Assembly: GCA_964637115.1 (NCBI GenBank)
Contig: CAZWVL010000008.1
Span: forward strand, 6,932 to 70,931
Length of the DNA: 64,000 bases
Source: an uncultured Methanosarcinales archaeon
Lineage (GTDB): Archaea > Nanobdellota > Nanobdellia > Woesearchaeales > ARS49
Direction of reading: 5' to 3'
Within the stretch, counting starts at the first letter, position 1. The number at the start of each line of letters is the position of its first letter. Below are positions 46,880-56,638 of this stretch, piece after piece. Below the pieces are notes generated by a model, which saw nothing but the letters and a program-made list of their open reading frames with translations, was not told the origin of the DNA and made no database searches. Position numbers and translations under genes: made by a program.

Positions 46880-47982
46880 AAACAAGCAAAGACGGATACG
46901 CAGAAGCACTTACAGAGCTCGCCAAACAAAAAGAAGACATGGTTGTGCTAAGCGCAGATACTGCTCTGAAAACAGGCATCAAGCATTTTGCCGACAAGCA
47001 CCCAAACAGATTCATCCAGTGCGGCAAGGCATCACAAAATATGATGAGCGTAGCAGCAGGAATGGCAATGGAAGGCAAAATAGCGTTTGCAACAGGCTGC
47101 ATAACAATGGGAAAAAACTGGGACCAGATACGAATGATAGCACACGAAAGATTAAACGTCAAAATTGTAGATGCAGACGAAACACTCGAGGATACTGCAT
47201 TAGCACGCGCACTGCCAGCCATGACCATAATTATTCCAGCAGACTACAATGAAGCAAGGAAAGCAACCCTGGCAGCAGGAACAATGAAAGGTCCTGTGTA
47301 TCTAAAGCTGACAAATAATTCATCCGTAACCACTGAAAAAACGCCATTCACAATAGGCAGAGTAGAAATACTGCGCGCAGGAAAAGACTGCACCATACTG
47401 GCGTGCGGTTCAGCAGTAAAGGAAGCACTGCTCGCTGCTGAAAGACTTGCACAACAAGAAATAGAATGCACCGTGCTTAACTGCCACACAATACAGCCGA
47501 TAGACAAACACGCAATAATCAGCAGTGCACGCATAACTGGATGCATTGTTGCAGCAGCAGAAAGCAATGCACTTGGAAGCATAACAGCAGAAATAATAAG
47601 CCAGAACTCGCCAGTGCCCTTTCGCACAGCACCAGCAGAGCAATCAAACATTGCCAGAGCAGCCAAAGAAGCAGTACTGCTAAAATGCGAAGGTGTTTGC
47701 CCAGAAATCCCTGAAGAACACGGCAAACTACTCGTTTCCCAAATTCATCCAGAATCATACTTCAAACTGCACGGCGGCGGAACAATCAAAAGCATACCAG
47801 GATTAAAGAAAGCACTATTGGAAATGAACAACGAAACATTCTCGCACCACTGCAACGAACACAAAAACGACTTCAGCATATGGGTAGAAGACGTTTTCAA
47901 AGAACCAACACTCGCACACCAGATTGAAAAAACAAAAACACGCGTTGGAATGGCACTAACCATCACAAGGTGGCTGATGTGA
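46876..47982 (+). CDS. Transketolase C-terminal subunit homologue (degenerate) fused to a DUF5752-like domain
   Basis: VVLSAD, P.RF..CG...QNMM..AAG.A..G, GPVY, F.IG...R.G.D; tail PESYFKL.GG...F.HH....NDFS.W..DVF. Confidence 0.85.
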   Translation: MKTSKDGYAEALTELAKQKEDMVVLSADTALKTGIKHFADKHPNRFIQCGKASQNMMSVAAGMAMEGKIAFATGCITMGKNWDQIRMIAHERLNVKIVDADETLEDTALARALPAMTIIIPADYNEARKATLAAGTMKGPVYLKLTNNSSVTTEKTPFTIGRVEILRAGKDCTILACGSAVKEALLAAERLAQQEIECTVLNCHTIQPIDKHAIISSARITGCIVAAAESNALGSITAEIISQNSPVPFRTAPAEQSNIARAAKEAVLLKCEGVCPEIPEEHGKLLVSQIHPESYFKLHGGGTIKSIPGLKKALLEMNNETFSHHCNEHKNDFSIWVEDVFKEPTLAHQIEKTKTRVGMALTITRWLM

Positions 47983-48662
47983 AAATAGCCGTCTATGGAA
48001 AAACACCGGAAAGCAAAATAGAACTGCTAAAAGCAGCCAAGAAAGCAGGATTTACTTATGATGAGAAAAAGCCAGACTTAGTCATTTCTTACGGCGGAGA
48101 CGGAACTTTCCTCTGGGCGGAAAGAAAATACCCAGGAATTGCAAAAGCGCTTTTCAGATACAGCAAAGTCTGCAAAAAATGCCACAACCTGCCAATCGAT
48201 CATGCACTTTCGCTCATCAAAAAGAAAAAATACAAGATAATAACTCACAACAAACTCGAAGCAAGAGTTGACAAGACAACATTGCTGGCGACAAACGACA
48301 TTGTTGTCAGAAATGCCATGCCAACCCACGCAATACGATTCAAACTTGAAATAAACGGCAAAAAAATCAATGAAGAGTTTATCGGCGACGGCATTGTAGC
48401 AGCCACGCCATTCGGCTCAACAGCCTATTTCCACAGCATTACCAAAAAAACGTTTGAAAAAGGCATTGGAATTGCTTTCAACAATACCACAGTGCTGCAA
48501 AAACCGCTTTTATTACCGGAAAAAGCACGCGTACTGCTGACATTAACACGCGGAGAAGCATTCGTAGTAGGAGACAATGAGCCAAGAATGATCGTATTAA
48601 CACCTGGAAAAAGCGTTACGATAAAAACAAGCCAACAAAAAGCAAAACTGTTATCTTTCTAA
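47970..48662 (+). CDS. NAD kinase
   Basis: GGDGTFL, ND, GDGIVAATPFGSTAY. Confidence 0.88.
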   Translation: MADVKIAVYGKTPESKIELLKAAKKAGFTYDEKKPDLVISYGGDGTFLWAERKYPGIAKALFRYSKVCKKCHNLPIDHALSLIKKKKYKIITHNKLEARVDKTTLLATNDIVVRNAMPTHAIRFKLEINGKKINEEFIGDGIVAATPFGSTAYFHSITKKTFEKGIGIAFNNTTVLQKPLLLPEKARVLLTLTRGEAFVVGDNEPRMIVLTPGKSVTIKTSQQKAKLLSF

Positions 48663-49279
48663 ATAGACTTAATTGCAGGCGGCGCGACCATCTTGGCGCC
48701 CTTAGCAGGCGGATTAAAGTAGTTCGCCTCAGGAATCTGGCCAACAAGCACGACAGGGCCAGGAGAGACGTCCCAGTCGTCAGCCGGCTCCAAAGTCACT
48801 TCAACAAAATCATACGGGTCAAGATAATTGTCAACATGATAATCAAGCTGGCCAACACCGCCAAAGCCCGTCACGAACGTGCCAAGCGACAAACGATAGC
48901 CAGAATCAACGTCAACAAGCCACACTTCAAATTGCGAATCAGTCTGGTCTGAAGCAGGAATGTCTTTTGTTTTTACCTGCACTTGGGCGCGCGGGTAACC
49001 ATACCAAGTAACACTCTTGATTTTTGCAGAACCACGGGCATACATAGGAGCATAACCTCCTCTGCCCACACCCTTGTAGTCTTCAACACCAGGCGGGCCA
49101 AGATAGGCAACAGTATCAATCGTTTGGAAATTCACTCTCGGATCATAATGAGTAACGCGCTGCACACCACCAGTACCATACTTGCGAGGACTGGTAAGAG
49201 GAGATTTATACGTATGCAATGCCACGACCGACAAGCTCAAAATTGCAAGCAATGCCAGGACAATCAGTATTTTCCTCAT
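48659..49279 (-). CDS. Secreted protein with RskA-C-like (anti-sigma-K) beta domain
   Basis: Signal peptide; FEVWLVD...SLGTF...VEVTLEP.....PGPVVL.G. Confidence 0.65.
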   Translation of the reverse strand: MRKILIVLALLAILSLSVVALHTYKSPLTSPRKYGTGGVQRVTHYDPRVNFQTIDTVAYLGPPGVEDYKGVGRGGYAPMYARGSAKIKSVTWYGYPRAQVQVKTKDIPASDQTDSQFEVWLVDVDSGYRLSLGTFVTGFGGVGQLDYHVDNYLDPYDFVEVTLEPADDWDVSPGPVVLVGQIPEANYFNPPAKGAKMVAPPAIKSI

Positions 49280-50073
49280 CTTAACCTCGGATAATAATCA
49301 GGCGGTGTTCTTATCTCAGTGCGCGCCGGGTTGATAACTCCTGACAATACAATCGTATGAGGACTTGGATCCATACTTGGGAACGGCTCCCTTGTAATCC
49401 AAACCTCATCAAACATATGCGCCAAGCGGGGAATTTGAGTAACCATCTGCAATGTGGGAGGCAGGGTGCTTTTCAAAACGCCAAGGTTCAATGCGTATTC
49501 AGTTTCATAATCAAACAACCAAGCCATGTAGATTTCGTTTTCATCCAATGGCTCAAGATAAAGAGCCTGAATGAAAATCTGGGTTCGCGGATGCGGCTTA
49601 TTCAGACCAGCACCATACTCATTTCCAGTGCTGAACACTCTTGCCGTGCCTTTACCCATAGTTGGCTCAGTCCCGATAATCTGCTCCACAGGACTGTAAG
49701 GAAGCAATTCAACGCTTCTATCCAAGCGCGGATAGCCACGCACTTTAGGATCCCAGTTGCTGATGTGAGCAGGGTCACGACCCTGGTTTGAAAGCGAGTT
49801 GGAATCAAAGTTGAAAACTGATGAGAATGCGCTCTTGCTGCCTGTCTGCGTCAGACGATCAGTCGGACCCTTGGAACCGAAGTTTTGAAATGGTTTAACG
49901 TAGCCAGTGCCAAAGTAACGGTCACGCGTATAAGGATCATAAATTCTTCTGTCTCTGGCAATCTGGCCAGTGTAACTGTCAATATTGTTATCGTAGACTT
50001 GATAGTTGTGAATAGCGAGAACTGAGCCGACCAATAAGAGCGCTACAAGAATAGCACTGGCAAATCTGTTCAC
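49276..50073 (-). CDS. Secreted protein, paralogue of 48659-49279
   Basis: GTG start after GAGGTG; Y.AWL.D....LNLG.L...V.ITREP....P...VL.G. Confidence 0.65.
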   Translation of the reverse strand: MNRFASAILVALLLVGSVLAIHNYQVYDNNIDSYTGQIARDRRIYDPYTRDRYFGTGYVKPFQNFGSKGPTDRLTQTGSKSAFSSVFNFDSNSLSNQGRDPAHISNWDPKVRGYPRLDRSVELLPYSPVEQIIGTEPTMGKGTARVFSTGNEYGAGLNKPHPRTQIFIQALYLEPLDENEIYMAWLFDYETEYALNLGVLKSTLPPTLQMVTQIPRLAHMFDEVWITREPFPSMDPSPHTIVLSGVINPARTEIRTPPDYYPRLR

Positions 50074-50171
50074 AATATACACCTCTTTCAGCTCAATCAT
50101 AGAAAGCGAGCTTTATAAATGTTGTGTATGCCCCGTATAGCCTAATTGTTAGTCACTTCATAGTAGTAAAA

Positions 50172-50471
50172 ATGGAAAGGTTTATATATGGCAATGCTCT
50201 AAAACAGAGCATGGACCGACTAGAATACAGCCACCAGCTTGCACACCAAGATATGCAAGAACGCATCAGAAGCAATGAACTAAAAGAGTCTAAAAGGAAA
50301 GTTGCGGGAGCTGGCAGACTATTCAAAGACTTGTATGAACTACACAAATTGCACGAGCTCGGAATTGCACCGCAAATACCACCACTGCATCCGGAAAACA
50401 AGAACAGCCCTCCAACATCTTACGAACTGCTCAATCGGCGCTGGATGGAGCTCATGAAACACTTCATGTAG
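50172..50471 (+). CDS. Hypothetical protein
   Basis: ORF MERFIYG..., first gene of a + strand run. Confidence 0.5.
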   Translation: MERFIYGNALKQSMDRLEYSHQLAHQDMQERIRSNELKESKRKVAGAGRLFKDLYELHKLHELGIAPQIPPLHPENKNSPPTSYELLNRRWMELMKHFM

Positions 50472-50480
50472 GAGGCCAAA

Positions 50481-51128
50481 ATGAACACCCCACGACAGCC
50501 TTGGGAACAAGACCCAGACAAATGGAAAGGAAAGCCAGAACACCACTCATTTTCCACGATGCGCTCTAAAGATGTCGGCAGACTGACTGAAAGAAACAGG
50601 AAGTCAGTTCTTGACTTGCTCACGATAAATGACGTTGAACTGCCGCAATTAATTGCTGAAGGAAAAGTAAAACCTAAAACAGTCGTCACGTACTCACGCG
50701 TTGAATGGGGTGTTGAAGGAAACAAAGTAGTTCCCGTAAGTGAAACAATACTTGCACGCGCAAACCTGTATGACTTATCGCAATGGGGCAAAACACACTG
50801 CATTGGCGTCGGCAGATATCAGGAGAATTTGTTCAAGCCGTGCACAAACGAAAATGGTGTAGATAGACTCATCTCACGAGAACACGGATTAGTATTGCTT
50901 ATCAAAGATGGAAAAAGAAAACCTGGCATGCATTACCACGACATCGGCACACAACATAAAGGAAGCACAAATGGCAGCTACCTCAATGACAATTTCGGCG
51001 TTCATAACCTAGTCATGCCCTGGGAAGAAGGGGATTACATAAGCATGGGCAATTACCGCATACTTGAAAATAAAAACGTCAGAAACTTCAGACTGCGCTA
51101 CAAGACACTGGGTGAAAAGGATGTATAA
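50481..51128 (+). CDS. FHA domain protein
   Basis: GR...ISREHG...D.G....STNGSYLN...GD.I.MG. Confidence 0.75.
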   Translation: MNTPRQPWEQDPDKWKGKPEHHSFSTMRSKDVGRLTERNRKSVLDLLTINDVELPQLIAEGKVKPKTVVTYSRVEWGVEGNKVVPVSETILARANLYDLSQWGKTHCIGVGRYQENLFKPCTNENGVDRLISREHGLVLLIKDGKRKPGMHYHDIGTQHKGSTNGSYLNDNFGVHNLVMPWEEGDYISMGNYRILENKNVRNFRLRYKTLGEKDV

Positions 51129-52089
51129 CGTTCTAGCTAAATATCCCATGCACTTGTTCTCAGCAGCGCCAAACGCGAAAACAGGATATCACCGCGTTTG
51201 GATTAGAGACAACATTTACACGCTTTTTGGCCTGGAAGCAAAAGGCGATTATACAGCTTCTGTAAAAACAGTACACGCACTGATAGACATTCTGAAAAAA
51301 CATTCTTACAAAATAGACTGGATGATAAAACAGCCGCATCCTAAAGATGGCCACAGATACATCCACCCAAGATACGATGAAAACGGAAACGAGCTTTCTG
51401 AACCATGGGGATGGAAACAGAATGATGCAATTGGAGCGCTTTTATGGAAGATTGGAACATTAGACAAAAAAGGAAAATTTGAATGGAGAGAAGGCGACAA
51501 GGAAATCGTGCAGAAACTTGTTAATTATTTACAAGCAATCGAATACTGGCACGACAAAGACAACGGAATGTGGGAAGAAGCAGAAGAAGTGCACGCAAGT
51601 TCAGTAGGAGCGTGCCTGGCAGGATTATTGGCAGTTGACCATATCGTTCACGTGCCATTGCACCTGATAGCACACGGAGAGCACACTTTGAAAACATTAT
51701 TGCCAAGAGAAAGCGTTACAAAAGAAACGGACATGGCACTTTTATCATTAATCTGGCCGTACAACATTGTAACAGCACAAGAAAGAGAATTAATTTTGAA
51801 AAACGTAGAAGAATTAGTCAGAGAAAAAGGACTTATCAGATATTCTGGAGACTTGTATTACAGCAAAGGCAAGGAAGCAGAATGGACAATGGGATTCCCA
51901 TGGCTGGCAATCATTTACAAAGAACTCGGCTCAATGAACAAATATTATTTTTACCTTAACAAGACAAAAAGTGCTTTGAATCAAAAAGGAGAACTGCCAG
52001 AACTTTATTTCGGCGGAACATCAACACATAATGAAAACACGCCGTTGGCGTGGGCGATGAGCCTGATGGCGGTAGCTGAAAAATGCTGA
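51121..52089 (+). CDS. GH15 glucoamylase-like glycoside hydrolase
   Basis: WIRD, QNDAIG, D.GMWEE, RY.GD.YY, W.MGFPW, PELY, PLAWA. Confidence 0.85.
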   Translation: MYNVLAKYPMHLFSAAPNAKTGYHRVWIRDNIYTLFGLEAKGDYTASVKTVHALIDILKKHSYKIDWMIKQPHPKDGHRYIHPRYDENGNELSEPWGWKQNDAIGALLWKIGTLDKKGKFEWREGDKEIVQKLVNYLQAIEYWHDKDNGMWEEAEEVHASSVGACLAGLLAVDHIVHVPLHLIAHGEHTLKTLLPRESVTKETDMALLSLIWPYNIVTAQERELILKNVEELVREKGLIRYSGDLYYSKGKEAEWTMGFPWLAIIYKELGSMNKYYFYLNKTKSALNQKGELPELYFGGTSTHNENTPLAWAMSLMAVAEKC

Positions 52090-53210
52090 CGAGAAAAGAC
52101 CAGGCGACAGTTAAGAAATTTATGTCAACATACAAACAGTTACAGCCGCCAGTCATGCGAACCATAGAGCTGCCAAAAATTGGCAGAGCCGTGCTTCTCG
52201 ATGAAAGCGTTAACCCAACCGGCACGCATAAAGACAGAATGGCTGAAAGCGTCCTTGAGTTTTACTTGAGAATATTGGCGGCCAGAGAAGCAGGAAACTG
52301 GAATAAACCGCTTCCATCACTCTCAATAATCAGTTCAGGCTCAGCAGCATTAGCAGTACAGACTCAATTGCGCAAATACGGATTCCCAAATCTGAAAGTC
52401 CTCTATGACAGACGGCATCTTGACCCAAACATTGAAGACCAGCTTACCAAAATCGGCTGCCGGATGCACTCAACCGATTTAAGCAAAAAATTTATCGACT
52501 CACAAACGCTTCTCAATCTAACCGATAACAAAGAGGGGTTTGTTGCAACATCAAAAAAGCTAACCAGCGGATGCTATAATCGAATAACGCAACGAATTCT
52601 GCACGAAATAGCCGGCGGCGGATTTTACGAGAAAGATGAGCATGGCGCTGACAGAGAGGTCACCCGCATGCCTTGGTGGCCAGCCAGCGCATTCAAACCT
52701 GCTGTTATCGTGACGCCATTCGGCACAGGCAGATTGCTTGAAGACATTATTGAACCATGCAAAGCGGTTGTTGAAGCGGCCAACGCTGATTTGGACCACT
52801 CCCAGCAAAAAGCAGGATGGCACTACGTTGGCGGCCGTTACAACACCGCTGTTCTGCGCCAGTGCAGTTTCATTGGTGCAACAACAATCAATCCAAAGTC
52901 GCGCGCAACAAAGCTGTACGCTCCATTCAGACAAGAAGACCCTGACTCCAGCAGCCTCATGGCAGACATTGATGATTGGAATAAATGGATTCACCTGTAC
53001 AAGTCAAGCGAACTTATAGGCAAGTATTCTGGCGTCTTTATATTCAAAGAAAAATACCTCAGGCAGGCGGAAGAAATCGCCGCAAAGCAAGACATCACCG
53101 CAGAACCATCTGCACTAGCAGGTATCGCGTATTTGCTGGAAAATGGCGCTCCGAAAAAACACAGAATAATCATCGTGAGCACTGGAAAGACGAAATTGGC
53201 AGGAACATGA
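52083..53210 (+). CDS. PLP-dependent enzyme, fold type II (cysteine synthase / threonine synthase-like)
   Basis: ESVNPTGTHKDRMA, SSGS, P.GTG.L, AEPSALAG, STG. Confidence 0.8.
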   Translation: MLTRKDQATVKKFMSTYKQLQPPVMRTIELPKIGRAVLLDESVNPTGTHKDRMAESVLEFYLRILAAREAGNWNKPLPSLSIISSGSAALAVQTQLRKYGFPNLKVLYDRRHLDPNIEDQLTKIGCRMHSTDLSKKFIDSQTLLNLTDNKEGFVATSKKLTSGCYNRITQRILHEIAGGGFYEKDEHGADREVTRMPWWPASAFKPAVIVTPFGTGRLLEDIIEPCKAVVEAANADLDHSQQKAGWHYVGGRYNTAVLRQCSFIGATTINPKSRATKLYAPFRQEDPDSSSLMADIDDWNKWIHLYKSSELIGKYSGVFIFKEKYLRQAEEIAAKQDITAEPSALAGIAYLLENGAPKKHRIIIVSTGKTKLAGT

Positions 53211-53689
53211 CGCTCTTCTATTACGGCACAACTGTACCTGTAGCAATCACGATTGCAGAACAAGGAGCAATATTCTCGCCTGTAATGAAACAACGCCACT
53301 ACCTGAACGAATTACGAATAGCTCAGCCTGCACTTTTTCAAAAAAAATTTGGAAACAGACCTTTGGAAGAAACTGCAGATAAAATAGTGAGAGAAACAAT
53401 TGCTCCGGAACAAGAAGCATACATAAACCAAGTAACTCTTGTCAATACCATTCAACTTGCACTAATACAGCCGGGAAAAACAGAAGATGCAAAATTAGTT
53501 CTGGGGTTTAATGTTCATCAGCCTCCTGCAAGATTCGCACGCATACCAGTCCAGCTTGACCTTCAATACATTGTCAGCATGCACTTAACTGAAGAAGCAA
53601 TACAGGACCAGCACGAACTGAAAGAAGCATACGCACCATATTTTGCAAACAGTCAACCCTGCATTATGCGCATCGAGAGGGAACAATGA
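53207..53689 (+). CDS. Hypothetical protein
   Basis: ATGA-coupled ORF starting MTLFYYGTT. Confidence 0.6.
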   Translation: MTLFYYGTTVPVAITIAEQGAIFSPVMKQRHYLNELRIAQPALFQKKFGNRPLEETADKIVRETIAPEQEAYINQVTLVNTIQLALIQPGKTEDAKLVLGFNVHQPPARFARIPVQLDLQYIVSMHLTEEAIQDQHELKEAYAPYFANSQPCIMRIEREQ

Positions 53690-54225
53690 AACTTCCATTT
53701 GTCTGGGAACTGAAAAATGAATTATTAACCTCGCACCTGATTGGCTCACCGCACGGTTTCTCAATCAACCACGCACTGTATACTGTGGACTTAGTTAAGT
53801 ACCTGAACGACAAAGGCTTGGTACTTGTAGAAGAGATAAATGGATTTGGCAATTTAGATGCAACTGTAGAATTAATTGCACGCGAAACTAAAGTGGATAT
53901 AAAACCGATTGCAACGTCTGAAGAAAGCAACATATTTTACCACAGATACGGCTTCAATCTCAGAGACCAACCAGAGCCAGTCGCAGCATACAGACAAGCA
54001 GATGCTGACAAGCTAAAAAAGATATATGAAGGAGTCAAGAACGATTTGACTCCTGACCAACTCCGCATTCTTGAACAATGCAATCCAAACATGGTTGCCC
54101 TCTCTTTACCAGAACTTGAAAAATTGCCAGCACTAATCATAGTTGACTTAGCGCATTTGCTCATCGAGCCAACTATGCTGCAATTTTACCAGAAAAAAGG
54201 AATAAATATAGAAAAAATTCAATAA
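53686..54225 (+). CDS. Hypothetical protein
   Basis: ATGA-coupled 179-aa ORF. Confidence 0.6.
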   Translation: MKLPFVWELKNELLTSHLIGSPHGFSINHALYTVDLVKYLNDKGLVLVEEINGFGNLDATVELIARETKVDIKPIATSEESNIFYHRYGFNLRDQPEPVAAYRQADADKLKKIYEGVKNDLTPDQLRILEQCNPNMVALSLPELEKLPALIIVDLAHLLIEPTMLQFYQKKGINIEKIQ

Positions 54226-55157
54226 AGTTTCTCTTCATAACGCACAATACACTGCGTGTCAACACAGTCAAAGCCGGTAATTCTCGGCTGCTGCTCTGGA
54301 GGAATGCAGAATGCCTGCATCACTGAACATTGTGGAGCGCCGCACCTGTCCAGATAAAACACTGGAGGTTTGTGCAAAGTCTTTGTAGGACCTGCAATCT
54401 TATACGGACCGCAAATTCCTGTGACGCCCATCAACTGGCAGTCGCCCTTGACCGTGCAATAATTATTAAAACACGCTTCAGGAGTTTCTTTCCAACTGCC
54501 ATCCTCGCACAACCAGTGCGTATTAGAAAATTCACCCTGTTCCGGAATTTCCGGCTCGCCCTGCAATCTTGCAACACACTCATTGTTCTGGCATTCACAA
54601 CCGCCACCGCAATCCATTGTGCCAGGAGCACAATTCATCGTACACGCCACACCTTCGCACGCGGGAGCCTGGCTGACTGGAACACAACTCGTTGCATGGC
54701 AACACTGTGCTGGCAAACAGTCAGAATTTGATGAACATCCTGCACTAGGGCAAGGGGCAAATTCGCAATTAGGACCTGTTCTGCCGACAGCAGAACCATC
54801 AGGACATACTTTAGCTTCCTCAGTGCACGCTTTTGGCTCATTCCAACCTTCGCGAGGAACGTTCTTGCACTCTTTATTCACGCACTTTGTCTCCAAATGA
54901 CCTGCAATTCCCGAACAAAAGTCTGGACAGTCCCTGGACATATCAACATTTTTTGAAGCGTACAACTTGTTGCCAACAAAACAATTATCAGTCTTCTTAT
55001 CAATGCCGCCACACGTGCAGTCAGCATCAACATTGCAAAAAGATGGATTTTCTAAGAACTGATTTTCTGAAGGCTTTGGCTCTGCAGGTTTTGGGGGAAT
55101 AACTGTGCACGCTGCTAAGAAAACTAAAAATAAAAATAAAAAACTAACCGATTTCAT
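54219..55157 (-). CDS. Cys-rich lipoprotein with several disulfide modules
   Basis: Lipobox FLAAC; C...ADC, ACTEEAKVCPDGSAVGR.GPNCEFAPCP, C....DC.PAQCCHA..C modules. Confidence 0.8.
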   Translation of the reverse strand: MKSVSFLFLFLVFLAACTVIPPKPAEPKPSENQFLENPSFCNVDADCTCGGIDKKTDNCFVGNKLYASKNVDMSRDCPDFCSGIAGHLETKCVNKECKNVPREGWNEPKACTEEAKVCPDGSAVGRTGPNCEFAPCPSAGCSSNSDCLPAQCCHATSCVPVSQAPACEGVACTMNCAPGTMDCGGGCECQNNECVARLQGEPEIPEQGEFSNTHWLCEDGSWKETPEACFNNYCTVKGDCQLMGVTGICGPYKIAGPTKTLHKPPVFYLDRCGAPQCSVMQAFCIPPEQQPRITGFDCVDTQCIVRYEEKLY

Positions 55158-55890
55158 AGGTCACGCTCACCTGCGCACTAATATGCACGTCCTGCGGCGA
55201 GATTTCCGTTGCAGGAGCTTCGGGACCCATCTCGGCTTTGGCCATCATGACACCGCCTCTGTAGAACGGCTGGACATAATAGCTGGTCTCAGACAAGCTC
55301 AACACTTTGCCCAGTTTAACGCCTGCGCCGTCTGACAATGCTTCTGCCTTTTCTCGAGCGTTCATCGTTGCCTTTCTCAAGGCTTCAGTCTTGACTTCCT
55401 TCTGCTTTGCATCAGAAAGCTCGAAGTTGATGCTTTCAACATTGTTTGCGCCAGCCTGAATGCCTGCGTCAAGCAACACGCCAACTTTTCCAAGATCTTT
55501 TGTTGAAACAATGAATGAGTTGCTCACGCGATAACCCTTGTCAACCATCTTCTGGCCGGTCGGATCCCATTCCTGAATCTTTTCAACACGATAATTCGTA
55601 GTCTGGATTTCATTCTGCCTTACACCCGCCTGAGACAATGCTGCCATAACACTGCTGCCGACTTCGCGGTTGCGAAGCTGCGCATCCTGTGCAGTTACGC
55701 TCTGCGTTTGGATGCTGAACGTTATTTTTGCCAGATCAGGAGCAACATCAAACTCTGTGCTGCCCTGCACTGAAATAGCGTTTTGGGCCTGCTGGCCAGG
55801 CTGTTCCATAATCACACGCGTAGTACACGCGGTCAATGCGATCATCAAGACCGCCACCAATAAGATTGTTTTGTTCATGTTTATCACCAT
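55144..55890 (-). CDS. SIMPL domain (DUF541) lipoprotein
   Basis: Lipobox ALTAC; ISVQG....V.PD.A, GY.V.N, AGAN....I.F, A...AR.KA..L. Confidence 0.9.
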   Translation of the reverse strand: MVINMNKTILLVAVLMIALTACTTRVIMEQPGQQAQNAISVQGSTEFDVAPDLAKITFSIQTQSVTAQDAQLRNREVGSSVMAALSQAGVRQNEIQTTNYRVEKIQEWDPTGQKMVDKGYRVSNSFIVSTKDLGKVGVLLDAGIQAGANNVESINFELSDAKQKEVKTEALRKATMNAREKAEALSDGAGVKLGKVLSLSETSYYVQPFYRGGVMMAKAEMGPEAPATEISPQDVHISAQVSVTYEIG

Positions 55891-55920
55891 CTTTCTGAAA
55901 GTTGAGCGTTAATAAATATC

Positions 55921-56517
55921 CTATTTTTTACTAAGGGAAATGCCTAACTGCTTTTTATATTGTGCGGATTTATAGATCAAATATATGAGGGCGACCGCCA
56001 GAATGATTGCCGCGATGCCAAATACGTACGGCCAATAGTTGACTGCTTCTGCGACCGGCACCGGTTCGGGCGCAGTGGCCGCAAGACTCTGCACGGCACC
56101 AACGCTTTCTTCAACAGCCGCTTTCATCGCCATAGGAGCAGCGTCTGCAGTTGCTTCCAATGACATCGCCATCTCTCCACCAGGAACGAGATTCCTGAAC
56201 CAAGTCCAAATGCCGCCAACAACGCTGAATACTAGCATTGCAAGCACAATCCAAATCTTCAATTCTTCAGGATTAAGAATGCCTTTGCCTTTCTTTGTTA
56301 ATGAGTAATATTTCCACTTTCTGCCCTCTTCATGCCTCTCTACAAGACCAGCTTTTTCCAAAGCATCCAAATGCTCCTTGACTGTTGGGACTGAAAGTCC
56401 TAAAGAAGCAGCAATCTCGCTCTGCATATGCCTGCGCTGGTTCAAAAGTTTGAGAACATCAACTCTCGTTCCACTCGCTAATGCTTTGAAAGTTTCCTTG
56501 TCAAGACGAATGTCCAT
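55921..56517 (-). CDS. ArsR-like wHTH regulator with two C-terminal TM helices
   Basis: FKALAS.TR..L...SEIA..L.LS..TV.EHL..L..AGLV...RKWKYY.LT.KG. Confidence 0.85.
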   Translation of the reverse strand: MDIRLDKETFKALASGTRVDVLKLLNQRRHMQSEIAASLGLSVPTVKEHLDALEKAGLVERHEEGRKWKYYSLTKKGKGILNPEELKIWIVLAMLVFSVVGGIWTWFRNLVPGGEMAMSLEATADAAPMAMKAAVEESVGAVQSLAATAPEPVPVAEAVNYWPYVFGIAAIILAVALIYLIYKSAQYKKQLGISLSKK

Positions 56518-56638
56518 GGCAATTTTATCGTCCCGTTATTTAATAAGATTTGGATTTGGTAAGGCGTTACCCAAACATCGGAATTACACAAAACAATCAT
56601 ATTACTTGTGTGTAATTCCGAGTGTTGTCAAAAATATC

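Noticed and set aside
46142-47982. Transketolase pseudogenes
   Set aside because: No internal stops or frameshifts and coupling is intact, so treated as a pseudoenzyme instead
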